From assembly GCA_020057115.1 (NCBI GenBank), contig JAGVGJ010000032.1, positions 23,722 through 87,721 of the forward strand: a stretch of DNA of 64,000 nt, in the 5' to 3' direction. Position 1 is the stretch's first letter. Each line of letters opens with the position of its first letter. Below the pieces are notes generated by a model. That model searched no databases and had not been told where the DNA came from. It worked only from the letters and a program-made list of their open reading frames with translations. Origin of the DNA: Candidatus Omnitrophota bacterium (lineage in GTDB: Bacteria > Omnitrophota > Gorgyraeia > 2-01-FULL-45-10). Both the position numbers and the translations under genes were made by a program. Shown here in pieces: positions 18,668 through 25,983 of this stretch.

Positions 18668-19287
18668 ATTACCAACCTTTCAAGAGGCCTCCCCTGGACC
18701 AGTATATAAGCGCTCAGGATCTCTTTTACTATCGGCTCATTATCTTTATGCCTTCTCTTAAATTGATCTATCGATAATACATATGGCACGATCGCGGTCT
18801 GAAAATCACGAGCTACTGCATCTGCTATCAGGTCGAGGCTCTCCTCAACTTTCTCTTTGTCCCTAACGCTGCCGAGGACTACGATCAAGTCTATGTCGCT
18901 CTTTGGCCCCTCTCTTCTCCTGGCTACGCTTCCGAAAATAGCCACTGTCTCGACAGTCGCTTTCGGACGCGATACCGCTTTTTTTATAAGGGCCGTAACG
19001 GCAGGTAATATACTTTTCTCCTTTTCAAAGAAAGGCTTTACAAGGACCTTTACAATGTAGCTATCCGTATTAAGCGAGTAAAGATAGGCCTTACCTGCGG
19101 ACGAGGCTTTCACAACCCCGTCTTCTTTCAGGCTATTGAGGAATTTATTTATGGTAGTCGGGCTCGCGGTGAGAAGCCTTGCAAGCTGCCGCCCTGTCAA
19201 TCCGGCGCTTTCCTTGCACAGTATGCGTAATATGCCGGTCTTCAGCTTGTGATCGAACACCCTGTCGAGCGCATTATATATAAGCAT
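18664..19287 (-). CDS. HTH-fused minimal nucleotidyltransferase (MNT antitoxin)
   Basis: N-terminal HTH (LTGRQLARLL), FGSVARR..SDIDL motif; AAGGA RBS favours ATG 19287 (19305 and 19317 possible). Confidence 0.88.
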   Translation of the reverse strand: MLIYNALDRVFDHKLKTGILRILCKESAGLTGRQLARLLTASPTTINKFLNSLKEDGVVKASSAGKAYLYSLNTDSYIVKVLVKPFFEKEKSILPAVTALIKKAVSRPKATVETVAIFGSVARRREGPKSDIDLIVVLGSVRDKEKVEESLDLIADAVARDFQTAIVPYVLSIDQFKRRHKDNEPIVKEILSAYILVQGRPLERLVI

Positions 19288-19298
19288 GGGGTTTTCCT

Positions 19299-19366
19299 TG
19301 TCCATTAAATTGGACATATGTCCACTATTATGGATATAGGATACCTTATTTAACGGCCCTTGTCAA
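19299..19366 (-). promoter_or_regulatory. promoter plus tandem palindromic operator of the MNT-HEPN operon
   Basis: TTGACA (19366-19361)-17 nt-TATCCT; TGTCCA-N6-TGGACA (19299-19316) and TGTCCA-N6-TGGATA (19319-19336). Confidence 0.65.
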
Positions 19367-19431
19367 GGGGCGGGCTCACTATTTCTGCTATCTTTTCTTC
19401 GCCTCTGCTGCCATCCTGGCTACTAATGCAA

Positions 19432-19525
19432 ACGTCCTGTTTAGGTACATCCTACTCGCAGGATGTACCTAAACAGGACGTCCGATCATTTTACTTTACC
19501 CGTCGCCCCGTGTCTTAACTGGCGG
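19432..19525 (-). repeat. orphan tRNA trailer element (copy 3) with a 22-bp perfect inverted repeat
   Basis: ttacccgtcgccccgtgtcttaactggcgg matches 21306-21335 including the CCGCCA tRNA end, but no tRNA body; hairpin ACGTCCTGTTTAGGTACATCCT-N6-AGGATGTACCTAAACAGGACGT at 19432-19481. Confidence 0.8.
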
Positions 19526-19566
19526 TGTGTTCTCGAGTTTGTTCGAACTCACTTTATGAAAGAAAG

Positions 19567-19606
19567 TGTCATTGCGAGCCCCGCCGCAGGCGAGGCAAAG
19601 CAATCT
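19567..19606 (+). repeat. REP-like element, TGTCATTGCGAG...GCAATCT family
   Basis: Shares both termini with the copies at 22266, 23594 and 25091 (opposite orientation). Confidence 0.75.
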
Positions 19607-19850
19607 ATCAAAGAAAAAAGTCTTTAACGCTTGGCTCGGCCCGGCCACAGGCCGGGCGCGTCCTCGCCACACACTCTGAAGCGTAATAATGTATGCATAA
19701 CGGCTAAAGGCTCATCCGCCCCACCTCAGCCTACAACTTGCCAACTACATGGGGCTTCGGTGGTTGCCGAGCCCCTCACCCCAAAAGATCTTGAGGCAAA
19801 AAGAACAAAAATGCCTCAATGGGCAGAATTTGGTTAAAAAGACCTTTCTT

Positions 19851-21011
19851 TTACTTCTCTCCTAATAAATCTAGCAATTCTTTGGCGCAAAAAACTTTCC
19901 CCCACCTCTTATTACTAGCTCCAGAAAGTATTTTCATCTCTTGCAGCTTCTTAACCGCGGCTTTGGCAGTGGGATAGCTAGTTTCTAATTTTTTAGCTGC
20001 ATAGGGAATCGTAACAAATGGATTCAAGAAAACTTGATCCAACAGTTTTAATGCATATGTTGATCCTCTATCTTTTTGAATAAGCTTACGATATTTATCT
20101 AATAGTTTAAGTATCGATTTAGAATTTTCTATGGCGTCCTTCGATTGGACTGCCACTGCCCGCAAGAAAAACTTAGCCCATTCTTCCCATTCGCCATTCT
20201 CGCTTACAGCTAATAGTCTTTCATAGTATTCGCTGCGATATTTCTCAAAAAAAGCACTGAGATAAAGCATGGGATATACCAAATATTCTCTTTCGCCTAA
20301 GAATAGAGTGGTAAGTAGCCTGCCCATCCTTCCGTTACCATCTAAAAATGGATGGATCGCTTCAAATTGATAATGGATCAAAGCGCATTGTATAAGACCG
20401 GGGAAATTATTTCTATCGTGCAAGAACTTTTCAAAATGCCCTAACGCATCGTTCATTTCACGTACAGGCGGTGGTACAAATTTTGCATTGTTTAGAGTGC
20501 ATCCCGCGGGACCTATCCAATTTTGGCTGCGCCTAAATTCGCCGAGAGTCAGATGCTCTCCTCTTACCCCCCTCATTAACTCTCTGTGGATCTCTCTAAT
20601 AAGACGAAGAGAAAGAGGAAGTTCTTTTAATCTTTGAATTCCATAGTTTATCGCTTTTACATAATTAACTACTTCGAGGACATCTGTTTTTTTAACCTCT
20701 TTTTGTTTTTCTTCCTTATTCGCTGCTTCAAAATAAAAAAGATCCGATAGGGATGCTTGAGTGCCCTCAATTTTCGAACTGAGAACAGCTTCTCTTTTAA
20801 TATAGGGCGTTATAAGGAGGTTGGGGTTAGGTAGTAACGCGCCAACACCTGAGAGATTGCCTAATTGACGATCGGCCTCAGAAAGCAAATTAACCATTTC
20901 TTTGCCGTAGACAATAGCTGGCGGAAGTGGGTTAGGCACAAAAGCCCAATAATCTCTTTCTGTTTTTATTATTTTTCCGGCTTTGCTATTTTTAAACCTG
21001 GCTATATCCAT
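19851..21011 (-). CDS. Fic family protein (Fic_N + Fic + HTH)
   Basis: EAVLSSKIEGT inhibitory motif, HPFLDGNGRMGR; visibly AT-richer than the core genes. Confidence 0.93.
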   Translation of the reverse strand: MDIARFKNSKAGKIIKTERDYWAFVPNPLPPAIVYGKEMVNLLSEADRQLGNLSGVGALLPNPNLLITPYIKREAVLSSKIEGTQASLSDLFYFEAANKEEKQKEVKKTDVLEVVNYVKAINYGIQRLKELPLSLRLIREIHRELMRGVRGEHLTLGEFRRSQNWIGPAGCTLNNAKFVPPPVREMNDALGHFEKFLHDRNNFPGLIQCALIHYQFEAIHPFLDGNGRMGRLLTTLFLGEREYLVYPMLYLSAFFEKYRSEYYERLLAVSENGEWEEWAKFFLRAVAVQSKDAIENSKSILKLLDKYRKLIQKDRGSTYALKLLDQVFLNPFVTIPYAAKKLETSYPTAKAAVKKLQEMKILSGASNKRWGKVFCAKELLDLLGEK

Positions 21012-21201
21012 AATTTCCTAATATTTTGCGCCTCACCGATAATAGGTAGTTAGCCCCAGCTTTAAGTATACTTTAGACTTTTAAAGAAATCAAGCTTTTT
21101 CTTTAATTGCTATTTTAGCAATTAAAGTACCTTATAATTCTATTTCAACCTCTTTCTCAAGTTTTTAGGGACATGCCATTTTACGCCCCCTATTGCCCCG
21201 A

Positions 21202-21335
21202 AAAAGATCGGTTCGAACTTTATTTTATCCCTCGCATTCGCTCGGGACGCTTCGCAGAAAGAGCGCCGGATAAATTTTTCGTCGGAAGGTACCTTCCGAT
21301 TCTTCTTACCCGACGCCCCGTGTCTTAACTGGCGG
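21202..21335 (-). repeat. conserved tRNA-Ser trailer element, copy 2, with a 30-bp REP-like insertion
   Basis: Matches 4380-4483; extra tccctcgcattcgctcgggacgcttcgcag at 21228-21257. Confidence 0.85.
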
Positions 21336-21419
21336 AGGAGGTAGGATTCGAACCCACGGAGGCATTGCTGCCTCAACAGTTTTCAAGACTGCCGCGATCA
21401 ACCGCTCTGCCACTCCTCC
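21330..21419 (-). tRNA. tRNA-Ser(TGA)
   Basis: Anticodon arm GCAGT-CTTGAAA-ACTGT, long variable arm, GGTTCGAATCC, encoded CCA. Confidence 0.97.
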
Positions 21420-21524
21420 ACCCTAAAACGCCTAAAGAACAATTTTTCCCGCCAAACAACTTTATTGTAAAACTATGCGTCTTTAAAGAGGAGTTTGTCG
21501 GGACTCCCTCGCTTCGCTCGGTCG

Positions 21525-21560
21525 CAAGACTGCCGCGATCAACCGCTCTGCCACTCCTCC
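21525..21560 (-). repeat. exact duplicate of the 5' half of tRNA-Ser(TGA)
   Basis: 36 nt identical to 21384-21419, ending in the anticodon loop. Confidence 0.9.
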
Positions 21561-21592
21561 GCACAAAATATCTAAAGAACAGTTTTCCCGTT

Positions 21593-22255
21593 CTAGAAAA
21601 ACAGCTGCCTCACTATCGCGATGTATATATCTCTCGACCCGAATATAAAATCCACAAAGAAGCGCTTTATGTGGAATGACGGGAATACGAGCCCGAACAT
21701 GAGCGCTATCACAAGGATATTCAGCATGTACACAAGCACGATCGAAAAGAAATAGCCTGACTTCACTATGTCCGGCTGTTTCACCTTCATTATCTCTATG
21801 GTCGATATAATATGGAAGGCGAGCGCGAACCCTATCAGAAATATGAATATCGAGCCGTTGATATTATACGATGCGAGAAGCACAAAATAAACTAAAGTTA
21901 TCAGTATCGCGTATATCGGGACAAAGTAGGGGCTGAGCTCTATCACGACATTCGATTTATCCATGCCGACACTTCCGCCCTCTTTCGACACCTGGAATGA
22001 ATTTATTTTCGCGCCAAATATCCAGGCGACGCCGGCATGCACAGCCTCGTGGCCCAAAACATAAAAGAATGTCGGCTTGTAAAATAAGAGGTGCAGTGCC
22101 ACATAGGCCGCGATACCCCATAAGAAATAATTAAGGCTCGCTGACAGTTCTTTTATCATGGCCATATTATGATAAAAGGCTACCGTCACGCCGAAGGCAA
22201 GCGGCACTACTAGGACCGCGATAGAAAATTTTAGCAATACCTTTAAGAATTCCAT
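21593..22255 (-). CDS. membrane protein, M50B-like metallopeptidase
   Basis: Multiple TM helices, GHEAVH, GGSV and SPYF motifs. Confidence 0.7.
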   Translation of the reverse strand: MEFLKVLLKFSIAVLVVPLAFGVTVAFYHNMAMIKELSASLNYFLWGIAAYVALHLLFYKPTFFYVLGHEAVHAGVAWIFGAKINSFQVSKEGGSVGMDKSNVVIELSPYFVPIYAILITLVYFVLLASYNINGSIFIFLIGFALAFHIISTIEIMKVKQPDIVKSGYFFSIVLVYMLNILVIALMFGLVFPSFHIKRFFVDFIFGSRDIYIAIVRQLFF

Positions 22256-22265
22256 ATATTGATAT

Positions 22266-22304
22266 GATTGCTTCGTCGGCCCTTCGGGCCTCCTCGCAAT
22301 GACA
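22266..22304 (-). repeat. REP-like element
   Basis: GATTGCTTCG...GGCCC-TTC-GGGCC...CTCGCAATGACA. Confidence 0.75.
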
Positions 22305-22306
22305 CC

Positions 22307-23581
22307 TTACGGTTTAATGACCTCTTTACCGTCCATGTAAGGGACGAGCGCTTTCGGTATGCGGACAGATCCGTCCGCATTCTGGTAATTCTCCAGGATC
22401 GCCACGACGAGCCTTGCCAGCGCAACGCCCGAACCATTGAGCGTGTGGATATAACTCATCTTCTTCGACTCTTTCTGGCGGTAGCGTATATTCGCCCGGC
22501 GCGCCTGGAAGTCGGTGAAGCAGGAGCAGCTTGATACTTCGAGATATGAATTCACCCCGGCCGCGAACAGCTCTATGTCATAGCATTTGGCCGCGGAGAA
22601 TGATATGTCGCCCGTAGCCAATAGGACGACCCTATATGGCAGCTCAAGCGCCTGGAGCACGTCTTCCGCATCTTTAACAAGGCTCTCGAGTTCATCGAAT
22701 GATGTTTTGGGCCTCACGAACTTCACCATCTCGACTTTGTCGAACTGGTGGACCCTTATCAAACCCTTTGTATCTTTACCGTATGATCCGGCCTCGCGCC
22801 TGAAACATGCGGTATAAGCAGTATAGCGGATGGGCAGCTTGTCCTCATCCAGCACTTCGCCTGAGAGCATGTTCGTGACAGGGACCTCTGCGGTAGGTAT
22901 GAGAAAAAGGTCGTCATCTTTTAATTTGTACATGTCCTCTTCAAGTTTCGGGAGCTGGCCTGTCCCTGTCATGCTGCGCCTGTTTACCAAAAACGGCGGG
23001 AATATCTCCGTATAGCCATGCTTTTTTGTGTGCATGTCCAGCATGAAATTTATGAGCGCCCGCTCCAGGCGCGCGCCGGCTCCTTTAAATAATACGAAGT
23101 TTGAGCCTGTTATCTTTGCCGCGATACCGAAACATATAATATCAAGTATTTCGCTAAGCTCAATATGGGTCCTTGGAGTAAAGTTAAATTTAGGAATATT
23201 GCCCCATGAACGGACTATTTTATTGGCCTGCGGGCTGCCTACAGGTACGGATTTATCTGGTATATTTGGGATAGAATACATAAATGAGGCCATTTTTTCA
23301 TCAATTTCCCCCACTTTATTATCTAATTCGCCTATTTTTTGGGAAACTGACTTCATTCTCTCTATAACCTCTTTTGCATTCTTCTTCTCCTTCATAAGGA
23401 TCGATATCTCATCGTTCGCCTTATTCCTCTGGGCCTTAAGCTCCTCGACCTCTACCAATAGCTTTCTGCGGCCCTCATCCAGGGCCAATAATTCATCTAC
23501 ATTGATCTTCAGCAGGTTCCTGTTCTTAAGGGCCTCTTTGACCAGGTTGCTATTTTCTCTTATGAACTTTATATCCAACAT
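22307..23581 (-). CDS. serS: serine--tRNA ligase
   Basis: MLDIKFIREN, LIPTAEVP, FRREAGSYG, RVHQF, TLNGSG motifs. Confidence 0.98.
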   Translation of the reverse strand: MLDIKFIRENSNLVKEALKNRNLLKINVDELLALDEGRRKLLVEVEELKAQRNKANDEISILMKEKKNAKEVIERMKSVSQKIGELDNKVGEIDEKMASFMYSIPNIPDKSVPVGSPQANKIVRSWGNIPKFNFTPRTHIELSEILDIICFGIAAKITGSNFVLFKGAGARLERALINFMLDMHTKKHGYTEIFPPFLVNRRSMTGTGQLPKLEEDMYKLKDDDLFLIPTAEVPVTNMLSGEVLDEDKLPIRYTAYTACFRREAGSYGKDTKGLIRVHQFDKVEMVKFVRPKTSFDELESLVKDAEDVLQALELPYRVVLLATGDISFSAAKCYDIELFAAGVNSYLEVSSCSCFTDFQARRANIRYRQKESKKMSYIHTLNGSGVALARLVVAILENYQNADGSVRIPKALVPYMDGKEVIKP

Positions 23582-23593
23582 ATAGCTCCTTAT

Positions 23594-23629
23594 AGATTGC
23601 TTCGGCCGCTTCGCGGCCTCGCAATGACA
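23594..23629 (-). repeat. REP-like element
   Basis: AGATTGCTTCGGCCGC-TTC-GCGGCCTCGCAATGACA. Confidence 0.75.
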
Positions 23630-23635
23630 AAGTGT

Positions 23636-25069
23636 TTATCCTTTTATTACTCCGATAGGCCGCATGCGCGCAACGCGTTTCGAAATGCCTGCGCCTTCTA
23701 CGATCCGAACGACTTCATTCACGTCTTTATATGCTTCCGGCGCCTCTTCGGCTAATGTCTCCCGGCCGCTCGACTTTACTATTATACCCTTATCTTCGAG
23801 TTCGCGCGATATAGATCTGCCGCGGCAGGCCCTTATTGCCGCAGAACGGGACATGAGCCGCCCGGCTCCATGACACGTCGAATAGAATGTCTCTTCCGCC
23901 TTCTTCGTTCCTGTCAGAAGATATGAATTCCTGCCCATGTCCCCCGGTATTATGACAGGCTGCCCGGTCTTTTGGTATTTTTGGGGGATCTCCGGATGTC
24001 CCGGAGGAAAAGCCCTGGTCGCGCCTTTTCTGTGGACGCAGAGGGTCTTCTCTTTTCCGTCTATCGTATATTTTTCCAATTTTGCTATATTATGGGCGAC
24101 GTCGTATATGAGGTCCATGCCGAGGTCTTTTGGCGACATCTGGAATACTTTCTCGAACACGCCTCTTGCAAGATGCATGAGGCACTGCCTGTTAGCCCAC
24201 GCATAATTCGCCGCGCATCTCATGGCGCCGAGATAGTTTTGCGCTTCCTTTGAATTTACCGGCGCGCAAGCAAGCTGCCTGTCCGGAACGCTGATATTAT
24301 ACTTGGAGAGACATCCTATCATGTCGCGCGTATAATCGTCGCACACCTGATAGCCGAGGCCGCGCGAACCGGAGTGTATCATGAGCACAACCTGTCCTAC
24401 GGCGAGGTCGAATACGGATGCCGCATCTTTATCGAATATCTCGTCGACCACCTGGACTTCCATAAAGTGGTTGCCTGAGCCCAATGTTCCCGACTGGTTC
24501 TTACCGCGCTCGTAAGCTCTAGGCGAGACCGCGTCCGGGTTAGCGCCTTTTATCGCGCCGTGTTCTTCAGTGTATTCGAGATCATCATGGTTACCATAGC
24601 CGCGCTCGACGACCCACTTGGAGCCCTCGACAAGAAGTTTCCTCTCTTCGGACGCGCTTATCTTTATATCGCCTTTCGACCCGACGCCTGCCGGGACATC
24701 ATTATAAAGAGCATAGACCAGGTCTCTTATCCTGGGTTTCACATCCTTCTCGGTGAGGTTCGTCTTCACAAGTCTGATCCCGCAATTGATATCATACCCT
24801 ACAAATCCAGGCACCAGCACGCCGGTTTCGGAATCAAATGCACCGACGCCGCCAATCGGCGCTCCATATCCCCAATGCAGGTCAGGCATGCCAAAAGAAT
24901 ACCTCACTATCCCCGGAAGGAACGCGACATTCGCGACCTGCTCCGCGGCTTTGTCGGAACGGATATCCTCAAGCATCGCCTCATCGGCATAGATGATGCC
25001 GTCGACGCGCATACCTTGCTTATAGCTCTTGGGAATACGCCACCTGAACTCGTCTATCCGCTCGAACAT
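23636..25069 (-). CDS. rtcB: RNA ligase RtcB
   Basis: MPDLHWGYG, GYDINCG, GTLGSGNHF, HSGSRG, HRKGATRA, HGAGR, EEAPEAYK. Confidence 0.97.
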   Translation of the reverse strand: MFERIDEFRWRIPKSYKQGMRVDGIIYADEAMLEDIRSDKAAEQVANVAFLPGIVRYSFGMPDLHWGYGAPIGGVGAFDSETGVLVPGFVGYDINCGIRLVKTNLTEKDVKPRIRDLVYALYNDVPAGVGSKGDIKISASEERKLLVEGSKWVVERGYGNHDDLEYTEEHGAIKGANPDAVSPRAYERGKNQSGTLGSGNHFMEVQVVDEIFDKDAASVFDLAVGQVVLMIHSGSRGLGYQVCDDYTRDMIGCLSKYNISVPDRQLACAPVNSKEAQNYLGAMRCAANYAWANRQCLMHLARGVFEKVFQMSPKDLGMDLIYDVAHNIAKLEKYTIDGKEKTLCVHRKGATRAFPPGHPEIPQKYQKTGQPVIIPGDMGRNSYLLTGTKKAEETFYSTCHGAGRLMSRSAAIRACRGRSISRELEDKGIIVKSSGRETLAEEAPEAYKDVNEVVRIVEGAGISKRVARMRPIGVIKG

Positions 25070-25090
25070 CCGCTCTATTCCTTCATTGAT

Positions 25091-25136
25091 AGATTGCTTC
25101 GTCGTCCCGCCTTCGGCGGGACTCCTCGCAATGACA
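25091..25136 (-). repeat. REP-like element
   Basis: AGATTGCTTCG..GTCCCGCC-TTC-GGCGGGAC..CTCGCAATGACA. Confidence 0.75.
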
Positions 25137-25158
25137 GAGGGTTGTTACACGTCAGGTA

Positions 25159-25578
25159 TTACACGTCAAATATTATATCTACTTTGAAACCGTCCTTAGA
25201 CTCTTTGACGGCAAGGCCGCTATAGGTGATGGCCTTTATCTCTGTCTTTAGGCGGTTCCTGTTATCGCCTACGGGCCGGCCGAAGACTTTTGCCTTTATC
25301 GCCGTATCCGATAATTCCTCTATCTCAAATCTTGAAAATATGATAGATTTCGTATAGAAATTATACAAAAGCTCGTCGAGCCAAGCCACGAGGAGCTCAT
25401 CGGAGTTCGGGGCGGAGAGCTTGATATCCATAGAGACAGGCTCTTTCAATCCTTCAAGGTCCGCTATTATGTCGAACATCGAAAAGGCGGCATTTGCGAA
25501 CAACTCCTTCAAAGTGCCGCCGTAGACATGAACGCCTATATCCGCTGTATGCGGGAACTGCTCGTAACGTTTCATCAT
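25159..25578 (-). CDS. archease (RtcB cofactor)
   Basis: HTADIG, LVAWLDELL, EIKAITY, C-terminal IFDV; adjacent to rtcB. Confidence 0.93.
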   Translation of the reverse strand: MMKRYEQFPHTADIGVHVYGGTLKELFANAAFSMFDIIADLEGLKEPVSMDIKLSAPNSDELLVAWLDELLYNFYTKSIIFSRFEIEELSDTAIKAKVFGRPVGDNRNRLKTEIKAITYSGLAVKESKDGFKVDIIFDV

Positions 25579-25970
25579 TCTACCGATATAGCTTTTGAGG
25601 TCTGCCAGAGACCGTGTATGTTGCAATAGGATGCTGCGAGTATAGTGCCGGCCTTATCGGTTTTGAAGGATAACGTGACTTCAGGATGGGTATAAACCGT
25701 GCTCATGTTAGGCCCCTGGGCAGACTCACCATGGGCTGTAAAGTCAAAGCGTCCGAGCTCGATGGGGAATTTCTCGGCTGCAGGATGAAAATATACGCTT
25801 ATCCAGCGGATATGGTGTTCGGTAGTATTGGGGTGGGCGATCTCTTTACCGACGGTGACTGTTATCTTCGTCAATGCGCCCTTCTTGGCCGAGACGGGGG
25901 CATCTATTACCGGAACATGCTTTTCGGTCTTAAAATCTGCTGACTGCAAAAGATCTTTAAGCTCTGCCAT
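25575..25970 (-). CDS. superoxide reductase (neelaredoxin type)
   Basis: EKHVP, HPNTTEHHIRW, YCNIHG iron ligands. Confidence 0.92.
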   Translation of the reverse strand: MAELKDLLQSADFKTEKHVPVIDAPVSAKKGALTKITVTVGKEIAHPNTTEHHIRWISVYFHPAAEKFPIELGRFDFTAHGESAQGPNMSTVYTHPEVTLSFKTDKAGTILAASYCNIHGLWQTSKAISVE

Positions 25971-25983
25971 CTTAAACCTCCTA

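Noticed and set aside
19630-19820. Several GC-rich hairpins downstream of the second Fic gene as a possible ncRNA
   Set aside because: No family motif recognised; terminator or REP debris is equally likely
21330-21419. tRNA-Sec or suppressor tRNA (long variable arm, TGA seen)
   Set aside because: The anticodon is TGA, which reads the Ser codon UCA; tRNA-Sec would have TCA and a longer acceptor stem
21330-21560. tRNA with a 141-nt intron
   Set aside because: An intact tRNA is already present, and the insert shows no group I or bulge-helix-bulge features that I can see
19432-21591. Possible CRISPR array or integron among the repeats
   Set aside because: No regularly spaced identical repeats with unique spacers, no cas or intI gene, and no clear attC RYYYAAC/GTTRRRY ends
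21140-21679. ORFs 21140-21376, 21365-21679 and 21373-21564, two with internal peptide repeats
   Set aside because: They overlap the tRNA and its duplicated half, which explains the repeats
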